Shown: positions 41,455 to 51,256 of the stretch, in pieces
Numbering within the stretch: position 1 is the stretch's first letter
Layout: each line of letters opens with the position of its first letter
Origin: a candidate division Zixibacteria bacterium CG_4_9_14_3_um_filter_46_8
GTDB taxonomy: Bacteria > Zixibacteria > MSB-5A5 > UM-FILTER-46-8
Assembly: GCA_002791595.1 (NCBI GenBank)
Contig: PFXJ01000119.1
Span: 1 to 55,148 of the forward strand
Direction of reading: 5' to 3'
Length of the DNA stretch: 55,148 nucleotides
Position numbers and translations under genes: made by a program
Notes under the pieces: generated by a model
What the model was told of the DNA's origin: nothing
Databases searched by the model: none
The model's input: only the letters and a program-made list of their open reading frames with translations

Positions 41455-42801
41455 ATGATGAGAAACAGAAAAATAATAACCCTATTCGGCGGCACGATGC
41501 TGTTTCTCGCGATTGCTTCTCTTATGGTCGCCGAATTGGCTAGCAGTCAATCTAAAAACGGTGGCGACCGCATCATTGAATCCTTGTCTCTTTCCAATGC
41601 CAATATCCAGGCGGTTCTGACTTATATTGGCGATTATGGGGGCAAAAATATTATTGCCGCCCCAACGGTGGACGGAAATATCACCATGAAAATCCGTGAC
41701 GTCACCTGGCGGCAGGCCCTCGATATTATTATGGAGACCTATGGGTACACAGCCGTGGAAAGCGCCGACCATATCACTGTCCTGCCAACCGCCGAATATC
41801 AGAAGAAATTGGCGCAGGAAGATCAGTTCCAGTTTGATCGCCGCCTGCGGAAGGATGTCGGCACTAAGGTCGTAAATATCAGATATGCTTCGGCCAAAGA
41901 CCTGGAAAAACCGGTAAAGACCATGCTATCGGAGCGGGGAAACATTGATACTGATCAAAGAACAAATTCCCTAATCATCCGTGATATTCCAGAATATATC
42001 GAACGCGCCGAATCCCTGATTGCGCAGCTTGATACCGAGACCAAGCAGGTTAGAATATCGGCGCAATTGTTGGAAGTCGAAAGCCATTATTTCAGGGAAA
42101 TCGGTTTCGACTGGTCCATGATGAGCCGTACTTCTATTGACCATCCTAACATCGAATTGGATGGCGGCGCAACCAACTCTTATACTCCAGAGGGGGAAGG
42201 TTCGCAAACTACGACTGACAACATCATCCAATCGACCGCAAAATTCAAAATCAGCAAGATCGTTAATGACAAGTTCAATGTTGACGCTATCGTGGATGCC
42301 ATTGTCTCTTCCAACAAAGGACGAATCCTCGGACATCCGGAAGTTATCACTGTCGATAACCTGCAAGCTAAAATCCAAATGGGACAGAAAATCCCTATCA
42401 AGCAGTTTGACGAGGCGGGCAATGTGGTAACCAAATTCTACGATGTGGGTATCCAGTTGAAGGTTACCCCTCACATCACCGCACAAGATAGAATCCTGAT
42501 GAATCTTGAACCCGAGCGGTCAGATTATTCCTTCGATGCGAATGGCATTATAATCAATACCCAAAATGCCACTACCAATGTCGTTGTAAATGATGGGCAG
42601 ACAGTGGTGATCGGCGGTCTGACATCGCAGGAAGACCGCGACATCGAAATAGGCGTCCCCCTCCTCAAGGATATTCCGCTTTTAGGCGCTTTGTTCCGCT
42701 ATACCAAGAAGGAAGTCAAGAGCCGCGACCTGGTGATATTTGTCACTCCCACGATCATTTCTCACGAGATTGCGGCCAACGAAGTTCAAGAGGAAAAATA
42801 A
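41455..42801 (+). CDS. pilQ: Type IV pilus secretin PilQ (short form, no AMIN domain)
   Basis: N0/STN-like 'NANIQAVLTYIGDYGGKNIIA', then N1 domains. Secretin core 'VVNDGQTVVIGGL', 'GVPLLKDIPLLGALFR' and 'DLVIFVTPTII'. The ATG at 41455 follows GAGGTGA (the track start at 41446 is a GTG). Confidence 0.88.
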   Translation: MMRNRKIITLFGGTMLFLAIASLMVAELASSQSKNGGDRIIESLSLSNANIQAVLTYIGDYGGKNIIAAPTVDGNITMKIRDVTWRQALDIIMETYGYTAVESADHITVLPTAEYQKKLAQEDQFQFDRRLRKDVGTKVVNIRYASAKDLEKPVKTMLSERGNIDTDQRTNSLIIRDIPEYIERAESLIAQLDTETKQVRISAQLLEVESHYFREIGFDWSMMSRTSIDHPNIELDGGATNSYTPEGEGSQTTTDNIIQSTAKFKISKIVNDKFNVDAIVDAIVSSNKGRILGHPEVITVDNLQAKIQMGQKIPIKQFDEAGNVVTKFYDVGIQLKVTPHITAQDRILMNLEPERSDYSFDANGIIINTQNATTNVVVNDGQTVVIGGLTSQEDRDIEIGVPLLKDIPLLGALFRYTKKEVKSRDLVIFVTPTIISHEIAANEVQEEK

Positions 42802-42833
42802 TCATAGCCAAATTATCAATGGACAATATAAAA

Positions 42834-42861
42834 CCCGAGCCCATACGGGCTCGGGTTTTTT
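42834..42861 (+). terminator. Rho-independent terminator of the pil operon
   Basis: CCCGAGCCC-ATAC-GGGCTCGGG, a perfect 9-bp stem with a 4-nt loop, followed by TTTTTT. Confidence 0.85.
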
Positions 42862-43023
42862 GCCGCTTATATTCAAAAGAAGGGCAACATCCTGATTTAG
42901 AAATTGTATGATGGAGGTGCAATTCGGAATTATCCTAAAGGGATATTCAATCCCTTAAAGACTCCTTGCTTCCCGGATTGAATTCAATTATAAAAGATAG
43001 GTTTCTTCGGTAAACAACACTCT

Positions 43024-45381
43024 ATGGATGCGAGATCATTAAAGACATTAGAGTATCAGCGGATAAAGGAGATCCTGAAAGGCCGCTGTTATTCATCCAC
43101 CGGCGCCGCTTATGCCGAGGCTTTGATGCCATCTATCGATCGGTCAACTGTGGAGCATTGGCATAGAGAGACCCTGGAATTCTGTGAAATTAACAAGTAT
43201 GATGGAGGGGCGGCGCTGGAGAGATTTGACGATATCCTGTCTTTTCTTGCTTCAATCCAAGCAGAGGGCACTTTTCTATCGGGAAAGGACATTCTGAAAA
43301 TTGCAGAGCTGGCATTAGTTTCCACAAGAGTTTATCGTTCCATTTCCTCCAATCGGGTCAAATATCCTGCCATCTGGCGGATTGCGGCGACCCTTTGCGA
43401 TTTCACGGCATTGCTTGCGGAATTGAACCGCATAATAACTCCGGATGGCGAAGTATCTGACAATGCCTCGCGAGACCTAGTGAAAATTCGACATCAGATA
43501 GAACAGACACGTCTCCGGATTACAGATAAATTGGAGAAGATGATCTCTTCAAAATCAGCCTCGGATTATTTGTCGGATCGACTCATTACTTTGCGGGATG
43601 GGAGATATGTGATTCCGGTCAAGGACTCACATAAGTCCTCAGTCAAAGGAATTGTGCATGACCGGTCGTCATCAGGCGCAACTGTATTTATGGAACCCCT
43701 GGAGCTATTGCCGATGAATAACCAACTTCGCGAGTTGTATGCCGAAGAGAAACGGGAGATCGAACGTATAATGATCGCATTATGCGACAAAATCCGCGAA
43801 AAGAATGATTCGCTAATCCAGTCGCAAGATGCTTTATCCAAATTGGATTTCATCCACGCCCGGGCTTTGCTTTCCACGCAATATGATGGTGTTACTCCTG
43901 AATTGGCCGATGATGCCGTAATCAAGCTCAGAGGAGCGCGTCATCCATTGCTTTTCATTGACGGGGCAGTGCCATTAGAGAATGTGGTGCCATTGGATTT
44001 TCAGCTTGGAGAAACTGCGATTATGGTGATTGTCACTGGTCCCAATACCGGAGGCAAAACCGTAGCTTTGAAGACTGTGGGCATGGCTGTTTTATTGGCG
44101 CAGTCGGGATTGCAGGTCCCCGCTCAATATGCGCGTTTGGGTATTTTTAGAAATGTTTTCGCCGACATTGGCGATGAACAGTCGATTGCGATGAGCCTTT
44201 CCACATTTTCCGGACATATGAAACAGATTTGTACTGCTCTGGAGTCTGCGGGTATAGGCACTTTGGTTTTGCTGGATGAACTGGGAAGCGGCACCGATCC
44301 AGTAGAGGGCGCCGCCTTAGGCGAAGCAATCATTGAATGCCTCGTCAGGAACGGAACGCTGGCAGTGATTACCACCCATCTGGGAGCGCTAAAGACATTG
44401 GCGGGCGAGGACCATCGAATCCGCAACGCCTCAATGGAATTTGACCGCCAAAATCTGTCCCCAACCTATCGTTTCCGACCCGACCTGCCAGGTTCTTCTT
44501 ACGCGATTGAAGTAGCCGAAAAACTGGGGATATCTAAGGATGTTTTGAAACGAGCGAAAGAGTTGGTGCATTCCGGACATCGGGATTTGACAAGATTAAT
44601 AACACAGATCGAGGAAAACCTGGCCAGAGTTCAGAAGGAAAGGGATGAATTGGCTCGGAGCAGACGCGCCACCGCCGACCTCGAGGAGTTATATCTTGGC
44701 AAAATGGACAAAATGAAAAAATGGGAGAAAGACTCCGAGCGGTTGGCATTGAAAAAATTGGAAGCCACCGTTTCAGAGGGGGAGAAAGAGATCGAGGACC
44801 TGGTGGCCTCTATTAAAAAGAGCAATGCCGATCGTGAGGTGACCAGAATGGCCCGTCGCCGCATCCAAGAAAAAAAACAGGCGATTCAGAAGAAAACAGA
44901 GAAACTCCACGAGAAACCGGTTTCGGCTCTATCAGCAGTCTTCCCCGGAATGAGGGTTTTGCTGGGAAATATGAAAACCGAGGCTGAGGTTTTGACAATG
45001 CCTGATGGGCGGGGGCGCCTTAAGATTCGTGCCGGAAATCTGATTATCGAAGCCAAACTCTCCGATCTCTCGAAAGTTGAATCCGCCGGCAATGATGTCA
45101 AATCCATGGGTGTAAAATATGAACCAGTAGAATCCATAAATCCGGAACTTGATTTGCGGGGACTAACCTTTGATGAAGCCCAACCCAAATTGGAGCGTTA
45201 TCTTGAAGACGCCTATCTGGCCGGTTTGGGCTTAGTCAGAATTATCCATGGCAAAGGCACTGGAGCGCTTCGCCAGAAAGTTACGGAATATCTTCGTTCC
45301 CATCATTGGGTTGAAACCACACAATTAGGCAATTACAACGAGGGTGGGGCTGGCGTGACCGTAGTGAAATTGAAGAGCTGA
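43024..45381 (+). CDS. mutS2: Endonuclease MutS2 (MutS-family ATPase with C-terminal Smr domain)
   Basis: Walker A 'VTGPNTGGKTV', plus 'SLSTFSGHM', 'LLDELGSGTDP' and 'TTHLG'. Long coiled coil. C-terminal Smr 'LDLRGLTFDEA..VRIIHGKGTGALR'. Confidence 0.93.
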   Translation: MDARSLKTLEYQRIKEILKGRCYSSTGAAYAEALMPSIDRSTVEHWHRETLEFCEINKYDGGAALERFDDILSFLASIQAEGTFLSGKDILKIAELALVSTRVYRSISSNRVKYPAIWRIAATLCDFTALLAELNRIITPDGEVSDNASRDLVKIRHQIEQTRLRITDKLEKMISSKSASDYLSDRLITLRDGRYVIPVKDSHKSSVKGIVHDRSSSGATVFMEPLELLPMNNQLRELYAEEKREIERIMIALCDKIREKNDSLIQSQDALSKLDFIHARALLSTQYDGVTPELADDAVIKLRGARHPLLFIDGAVPLENVVPLDFQLGETAIMVIVTGPNTGGKTVALKTVGMAVLLAQSGLQVPAQYARLGIFRNVFADIGDEQSIAMSLSTFSGHMKQICTALESAGIGTLVLLDELGSGTDPVEGAALGEAIIECLVRNGTLAVITTHLGALKTLAGEDHRIRNASMEFDRQNLSPTYRFRPDLPGSSYAIEVAEKLGISKDVLKRAKELVHSGHRDLTRLITQIEENLARVQKERDELARSRRATADLEELYLGKMDKMKKWEKDSERLALKKLEATVSEGEKEIEDLVASIKKSNADREVTRMARRRIQEKKQAIQKKTEKLHEKPVSALSAVFPGMRVLLGNMKTEAEVLTMPDGRGRLKIRAGNLIIEAKLSDLSKVESAGNDVKSMGVKYEPVESINPELDLRGLTFDEAQPKLERYLEDAYLAGLGLVRIIHGKGTGALRQKVTEYLRSHHWVETTQLGNYNEGGAGVTVVKLKS

Positions 45382-45389
45382 TTCCTCTC

Positions 45390-46553
45390 TCAGCGAGGCT
45401 TTGATTTTTGCTTCGCTCTGGCGCGATTTTCATTTTGCTCCTCATTAGTCATCGCAAAGAGATGCCCTCCCTCCCCCGAGGCCACAAAATAAAGATAAGG
45501 AACTTTCGCCGGATTTAACGCCGCATCCAACGAGCTTTTCCCCGGATTAGCGATCGGCCCTGGCGGTAGAGAATAATTCAGATAAGTATTATAGGGTGAT
45601 TTTAATTCCAGGTCCTTCATTAACAAGGGACGGCTTAGTGGCGGGAGCGCATATATCACTGTTGGATCACATTGCAGGGGCATACCGAGTTTTAGACGAT
45701 TCTGAAAAACTGCGCTTATCAAATACCGTTCATCCATCAACGCCGTTTCCTTTTCAATCAAAGATGCCAGAGTCACAACTTGATGGATCGAGAAATTCAC
45801 CTTCCGAGCTTTGGCTTTCATTGAGTCATCAAAAATATCAAAAAAGCGGTCCACCATTGCATTGATGATCAATTTCGCATCAGCGCCGAAATAGAAATAA
45901 TAAGTGTCAGGAAAGAGATAACCCTCCAGATCCTCCGATTTAATATCGTGGGCGGCGATGATAGACTTATCCCTGCAGGCCTGCGAAAACTCAAATGAGT
46001 CAACTGCTAGCTCCCTCTGTGCAAGTCCCGCCATCTGGCGATAGTTTAGGCCCTCGGGAAAGGTAACCTTTATAGGCGCATTGCTCCCTTGCAAAAGAAG
46101 CCTCGCGATGGCGACATAACTGCGATTATTAGTAAAATCATAATGGCCGGCTTTCACATTATTGGCTGAGCCGATTAAGGAGACCAGCTGTACCAGTAGA
46201 GAGCGGTTGCCGATGATAGCTTTTTCCTCAAGCTCATCTGCCGCTGATGCCAAGGTCTGTCCATTCTTTATTGTCAAAGATGCATCCCGGCAGGCGTTCA
46301 AGCCGCCAGCAGGCATCGAGGTAACATAATAATATCCCCCCATTGCGATTATGACCGCCACAAAGCCAAGGAGCATTATGTTCTTACCTTTGGCGGTAAT
46401 GAGTCGATAGGTCATAATCGGCGCTTCTATTATAATCCTCAGCAATCCACAGAGCAAAATGAATATCGAACTTACGATATATACTAATATATCGGAAATA
46501 AGTCCCGGATAACCACCCGGGTAATTTGCTGGCCGCCGGCGTTTTCTGGTCAT
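45390..46553 (-). CDS. mltG: Endolytic murein transglycosylase MltG (YceG-like)
   Basis: N-terminal TM segment. 'FPEGLNYRQMA', 'LEGYLFPDTYYF', 'LASLIEKET', 'ISAVFQNRLKLGMPLQCDPTVIY', 'SPYNTYL..LPPGPIANPG' and 'YLYFVA'. Confidence 0.9.
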   Translation of the reverse strand: MTRKRRRPANYPGGYPGLISDILVYIVSSIFILLCGLLRIIIEAPIMTYRLITAKGKNIMLLGFVAVIIAMGGYYYVTSMPAGGLNACRDASLTIKNGQTLASAADELEEKAIIGNRSLLVQLVSLIGSANNVKAGHYDFTNNRSYVAIARLLLQGSNAPIKVTFPEGLNYRQMAGLAQRELAVDSFEFSQACRDKSIIAAHDIKSEDLEGYLFPDTYYFYFGADAKLIINAMVDRFFDIFDDSMKAKARKVNFSIHQVVTLASLIEKETALMDERYLISAVFQNRLKLGMPLQCDPTVIYALPPLSRPLLMKDLELKSPYNTYLNYSLPPGPIANPGKSSLDAALNPAKVPYLYFVASGEGGHLFAMTNEEQNENRARAKQKSKPR

Positions 46554-46966
46554 ACAATTTTCTTTGAATCAAGATAACATTGCAGGATGTCGGCGGCTGC
46601 CAGTTGATCCAGGGCCGCCTTATCCCTTCTGATCTTGAGTCCGGCCTGATGGAATTTCTTCATAGCAGTGGCTGTGGAATAATATTCATCATATAACTGG
46701 ACTCTCACCTTGATTTCTATCCTTATCCTCTCCGCAATTTGTGATATTTCTCCGGCGAGATCCGCCAGTTTGCCATCGTCCCGAATCGGATTTCCAATGA
46801 TGATCAAGTCGATGGCCTCATCAGTGACTATTTTCCGAACGGCCTCGATCAGCTCGTTTTGATTATTAGTTATAATGGCTCTCAAAGGGACGGCAAGATT
46901 TCCGGCAGGGTCGGATATCGCAATTCCGACCCTCTTGCGGCCATAGTCGATTCCTAATGCACGCAT
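46550..46966 (-). CDS. ruvX: Holliday junction resolvase-like RuvX/YqgF
   Basis: 'ALGIDYGRKRVGIAISD', 'IIIGNP' and 'DEYYSTATA'. ATGA overlap with mltG. Confidence 0.9.
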   Translation of the reverse strand: MRALGIDYGRKRVGIAISDPAGNLAVPLRAIITNNQNELIEAVRKIVTDEAIDLIIIGNPIRDDGKLADLAGEISQIAERIRIEIKVRVQLYDEYYSTATAMKKFHQAGLKIRRDKAALDQLAAADILQCYLDSKKIV

Positions 46967-47478
46967 GGTTTATGGTGATTCTCACGATAATCGGCAATCG
47001 CCCGGACATGAGCCCTGAAAGCGATATTACTCGGTAATTCGTTTAGATCGAAATATCCAAGTTCGGAAGCATCATCGCCCGGTTCCAATTTCCCGGAAAC
47101 AACTTCTGCCAGATAAATAATCAATACTACCTTGGTTCGGGGATCATCGCCGCCCTTATATGCATTAAGAATCCCCTTAAGCTTGACTGCCAAACCCGTT
47201 TCCTCTAGTGTCTCCCGAATGGCGCATTCCTCAGGGCCCTCGTGCGATTCCATAAAGCCGGCTGGCAGGGTCCAATCGCCCTCTTTCGGTGGATATTTTC
47301 TCCTTGCCAACAATACCCTTCCATCCTTGTCGGTTATCAAAACTCCGCAGGCGGGAACCGGATTGTTATACCAGATAAATCCGCAACTGGCGCAAACCAG
47401 CCTTTCATCGACCCCCTCGGCCGGGATTCGTTTGACCATTCTCTCAGAGCATAAAGGGCAAAATTTATAATGATACAT
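46954..47478 (-). CDS. NUDIX hydrolase with N-terminal zinc ribbon
   Basis: 'CPLCSERM..CASCGF' zinc ribbon. Nudix box 'GFMESHEGPEECAIRETLEETGL'. Confidence 0.85.
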   Translation of the reverse strand: MYHYKFCPLCSERMVKRIPAEGVDERLVCASCGFIWYNNPVPACGVLITDKDGRVLLARRKYPPKEGDWTLPAGFMESHEGPEECAIRETLEETGLAVKLKGILNAYKGGDDPRTKVVLIIYLAEVVSGKLEPGDDASELGYFDLNELPSNIAFRAHVRAIADYRENHHKPCVH

Positions 47479-47609
47479 TTGTCATCCTTCAGTCACCTGG
47501 CGTTAATATATAATTTTGTGAACCATTATCAACGAATTATTAATTCCCAATTTCATTTCGTAGCCGGTTTCGAAGTGAAAAATCACCTTCAAGTCGAAAT
47601 CTGGGGGGA

Positions 47610-49826
47610 TTATATTACCCTGAACATCATCATCGTGCAGTCATCCTGGAAGGGACGGCCCCGACAATGATCCTTAATACTATCCAATACTTTTTCCTGA
47701 AGTCGATCCAACGGGAGACATCGATTATTTGATAACAATTCCACCAATCTCTTTTCGCCAAACTCAATCTCATCATCATCCATCGCTTCCGTCACCCCAT
47801 CTGTATAGCATGTCAAAAGATCCCCCGGACGCAACTGAACCAGGTTGGATGAATACTCCACTCCCCCGAAAGCGCCCAATAATAATCCACCTTCTATGAG
47901 GAACTCGCATCCACCATCCCCATGAAGCAGGATGGGGTAGTTGTGGCCGGCATTGCAGTATCTAAAAGTCATCATCCCCGTGTCTATCTCCCCATAGAAA
48001 AAGGTGACATAATTCTCAGGCATACCACTGGACGAAAGCACGTTGTTGATATGGGCTATTTTGGAATGCACTTCAAATTGCGATCGGGTCACTGAATGCA
48101 ATATAGCCTGCATACGGGCAATCAAGAGCGCGGCCGGTATGCCTTTTCCCGAAGCGTCCCCGATACAGACCGCCAGATGCTCCGAAGGCATCACGATAAA
48201 ATCATAGAAATCCCCACCGACCTCCCGCGATGGTTCAGAATAAACACTGAACTGAAAACGATCGTGTGAGGGAAGTTGCTTGGGCAGTAATTGCAGTTGT
48301 ATCTGGCGCGCCAGCGCCAATTCCTCTTCCATCCTCTGTTTTTCCAGCGATTCCAGATATAGCCGGGCGTTGCTGATGGCGATCACAAGTTGATTCGCAA
48401 GAACCTGAAATATAGTAAAGTCCTCTGCATTGTACCCCAGTCCCGAAGCTTTCTTGCCCAATCCGATGTATCCTATCAACTTGTGAGTCGAATTTAAGGG
48501 TATCAGGAGCTCGGTGTCATGTTCATGGAATAACTCTCTTGTTGATGGAGATAATGCTGGGACGGGGATGTCGTCCCGTGGCACCGGCAGATCTCTGACA
48601 AGCAAGAACGACTCCAAAACCCGATCTTGCTTGCTGGTTTGGATATTACCGCTTTGCGCCGAATAGACGGAGTACTGCCCCTTGGATGATGGAATTGCCA
48701 GAAAAGCATTCTCTATGAGCAGTTCTTCATTAAATGTCCTGAGCACTTCAGTAATTAACTCATCTAAATCCAAAAGGGTGATCACCTTATGGGAAAAACC
48801 CTCCAATATCACCTTAAAATCGGCCCCGCCCTTGATGAATAGCCTTCGAAGTATCCCATCAATGAAATTCAATACCGGCTGGAAGAAAATCACTGCCACG
48901 ATCATCGTTACTATTTCCAGGACCGCGACCCCGCCGCCAAAAATAGACTTTAGAATTTCCCGGAATTGCCCCATTATTAGCAGGTAACCGCCGACTACCA
49001 CGATAGATGATACTGAATAAACAAGCGATTGTCTGACGATCAGCCTGATATCCAGGAACCGATGTCTCATTATCGCCCAAGCGATGAATCCCGGACCAAC
49101 CAAAAGCCCGATAATTATCGCCAGGTACTTTATTTGAGGGTTGATGTTTATGCCAAATATCGTGGGAACGATATAGGCGGATATGTATAATCCTACTGCG
49201 GTGCGAATTCCATAGGTTATGACCTTCACCTGACGCTGAATGCGCGGGTTCACAACGGAGCGGTAACCTTGATGCAGGAAAACCGAAGCTATTACCGCAT
49301 AGGCAAGATTGATGATGGAGAAGAAACGAACATGGACTTCCAGCGCCAGACCAAAAAGCATCACGATATATTTCAGGAAATAACCCACAAACTCAAGAAG
49401 TATGCCCAATACCGGAAAATCACTGGTAATGGTCAATTTAGATAGGATGGCATTTGGATCGGCAAGAAACATCACCAGAAGCAAATGCACAATATGCGGA
49501 ATATAGGCGGCATAAAAAGCCCTGTAATATCTCTTGTAATACTTGTGCTCAACAGGAAAAATGGCGGAGAAAAGAACAAAACTGGGGAAAAATAATTCCC
49601 AAATGTAAAAGATGTTGTATAACCATATAGGATATTCGCGCCCCGATGGCACCAGAACGGCATAGTAAATCGTTGCCAATATCGGAGCGGTGCCGGCGAA
49701 GAATAGCATAACCGATGTAACACGGTTTATCTTGCTCCGCGGGTTTTCGCGAAAGATGATTCCGCTCAGAAGAATAAGTATGGCGCCGCTTAGTGCGAAT
49801 ACTATTGAAAGAATGATATTAAGCAT
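47610..49826 (-). CDS. Membrane-bound PP2C-family (SpoIIE/RsbU-like) phosphatase: polytopic TM sensor + GAF + PP2C
   Basis: About 9 predicted TM helices at the N-terminus. A GAF-like middle region (LIGYIGLGKKASGLGYNAEDFTIFQVLANQLVIAISNARL). SpoIIE/PP2C motifs 'EVGGDFYDF', 'VCIGDASGKGIPAALL', 'CNAGHNYP', 'YTDGVTEA' and 'QDDCTMMMFRV'. Confidence 0.88.
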   Translation of the reverse strand: MLNIILSIVFALSGAILILLSGIIFRENPRSKINRVTSVMLFFAGTAPILATIYYAVLVPSGREYPIWLYNIFYIWELFFPSFVLFSAIFPVEHKYYKRYYRAFYAAYIPHIVHLLLVMFLADPNAILSKLTITSDFPVLGILLEFVGYFLKYIVMLFGLALEVHVRFFSIINLAYAVIASVFLHQGYRSVVNPRIQRQVKVITYGIRTAVGLYISAYIVPTIFGININPQIKYLAIIIGLLVGPGFIAWAIMRHRFLDIRLIVRQSLVYSVSSIVVVGGYLLIMGQFREILKSIFGGGVAVLEIVTMIVAVIFFQPVLNFIDGILRRLFIKGGADFKVILEGFSHKVITLLDLDELITEVLRTFNEELLIENAFLAIPSSKGQYSVYSAQSGNIQTSKQDRVLESFLLVRDLPVPRDDIPVPALSPSTRELFHEHDTELLIPLNSTHKLIGYIGLGKKASGLGYNAEDFTIFQVLANQLVIAISNARLYLESLEKQRMEEELALARQIQLQLLPKQLPSHDRFQFSVYSEPSREVGGDFYDFIVMPSEHLAVCIGDASGKGIPAALLIARMQAILHSVTRSQFEVHSKIAHINNVLSSSGMPENYVTFFYGEIDTGMMTFRYCNAGHNYPILLHGDGGCEFLIEGGLLLGAFGGVEYSSNLVQLRPGDLLTCYTDGVTEAMDDDEIEFGEKRLVELLSNNRCLPLDRLQEKVLDSIKDHCRGRPFQDDCTMMMFRVI

Positions 49827-49854
49827 CGGAATTCATCAATAATACCCAGAGAAT

Positions 49855-50292
49855 CTAACTTCGAGATGGCGAGAATCTTTTGACCAAGAAGACTGTTGTT
49901 CCTCTGTCCTTGCCCGTTGATATTTTCACCTTATCCATCAGCGAACGCACGATGAAAAATCCTCTGCCCGTTTCCTTGAGGATGTTCTCTTCGCTTAGGG
50001 GATCGGGGATAATTGAAAGATCAAATCCATCACCTTCGTCGATAACTGTTATTTCCACTTCCGATCGCTTCAAACTCAATCTCACTTCAACCCTTTTGTT
50101 GCGATTGTTCTTATTGCCGTGGACAATAGCGTTATTCACTATTTCGGTAACAGCGATGGCGACATCCGCGATTTCACCTTCTCCCATCGCAAAACCCCTG
50201 AGCGTATCCTCAAGAAACTCGACCAGCGCTTGCAGATATATCTGATCGCTCGGAATAATTATTTTCCCCGGTTTCTTGACAATTTCTTCCAT
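49855..50292 (-). CDS. Anti-sigma regulatory factor-type Ser kinase (RsbW/SpoIIAB-like HATPase)
   Basis: 'AVTEIVNNAIVHGN', 'VIDEGDGFD' and 'GRGFFIVRSLMDKV'. Confidence 0.85.
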   Translation of the reverse strand: MEEIVKKPGKIIIPSDQIYLQALVEFLEDTLRGFAMGEGEIADVAIAVTEIVNNAIVHGNKNNRNKRVEVRLSLKRSEVEITVIDEGDGFDLSIIPDPLSEENILKETGRGFFIVRSLMDKVKISTGKDRGTTVFLVKRFSPSRS

Positions 50293-50374
50293 CAGTCCCT
50301 TATGTTATCTTAACGTATCAATATAAAAAAAGGCAGGTTCACCACCCACCTTAGACTCACACGGGATAATGTAT

Positions 50375-50716
50375 TTACTTCTTAAAGCTCTTGACCGCTT
50401 CTTCAACAGATTCGTAATTCTCGAAAACCGTAATTAGCTTCGTTATGGTCAGCAGAGATTCAATTTTCTCAGTCACATTCGCCAGCTTAAGCTCGCCCCC
50501 ATTGTTGCGCATTGTAGTCAAACCGCTGATCAAGATCCCTAAGCCCGTGGAGTTCATCCAGTCAACCTTCGCCAGATCTATGATTACTTTCCTCTTATCT
50601 TCTTTAATGAATTCGTGGAGTTGGTCGTGAAGCGAGGCGGCATCAGGACCACCCATAATCTTTCCCTTTGGTTCTAATACAATAACTCCATCAACTTCCC
50701 GAAAGGTTAATTTCAT
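50375..50716 (-). CDS. STAS-domain anti-sigma-factor antagonist (RsbV/SpoIIAA-like)
   Basis: 'VIVLEPKGKIMGG', 'VIIDLAKVDWMNSTGLGILISG', 'GGELKLANV' and 'LLTITKLITVFENYESVEEAV'. The phosphorylatable Ser context 'NSTGLG' is present. Confidence 0.88.
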   Translation of the reverse strand: MKLTFREVDGVIVLEPKGKIMGGPDAASLHDQLHEFIKEDKRKVIIDLAKVDWMNSTGLGILISGLTTMRNNGGELKLANVTEKIESLLTITKLITVFENYESVEEAVKSFKK

Positions 50717-50770
50717 AAAACAATCCTCCTCAATGTGAAATGCTGCTTAGAATAAGAGCAGTTTATTATC

Positions 50771-51229
50771 TCAAAGCTGTTGACCTTGTTTGATGCCCGC
50801 AACCACACTATCCGCCCACAAGGGATCATTGCCGCTGGAAAGATGCCTTAATAGATCCTCATATTTAGCCGGAGTCAATTCGCTCTTTGTAAGAACATCA
50901 AGCTTCTCCTTCTTAGCCATCGCCACCAGTTTATTGTACTCATCTACCAGATCCGGGTTCGAAGCGATAAATACCGAATCCGCTACCAGACGATATTCGC
51001 CTTCAATATTGTACTTCTTTAGGAACGAGTCAAATACCCTGCCATATTTTCTTTCAATCCTTTCCAAATCCAAATATACTCTGGCGAAATCAGCACCAGA
51101 AACCGATGGTTTTGCCTGGTCTGTTGCCGGGAGCTTGCCCTTTTCAGTTGAACATCCCCAGAAAATCACCACAAAAAGCAAAACCACCAGCGTGCCGATT
51201 ACTTTACCGTTGGTGGACAATTTGCACAA
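50771..51229 (-). CDS. Hypothetical lipoprotein
   Basis: Signal/lipobox 'LVVLLFVVIFWGCS'. The rest is helical with no motif I recognise. Confidence 0.55.
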   Translation of the reverse strand: MCKLSTNGKVIGTLVVLLFVVIFWGCSTEKGKLPATDQAKPSVSGADFARVYLDLERIERKYGRVFDSFLKKYNIEGEYRLVADSVFIASNPDLVDEYNKLVAMAKKEKLDVLTKSELTPAKYEDLLRHLSSGNDPLWADSVVAGIKQGQQL

Positions 51230-51256
51230 TCCGATTATAATATGATGACCTTAAAT

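Noticed and set aside
47545-47600. Hairpin GAAGTGA-AAAA-TCACCTTC downstream of the PP2C phosphatase gene as a terminator
   Set aside because: The stem is only 7 bp with a bulge, and on the relevant (minus) strand no T-tract follows it. This is too weak to call.
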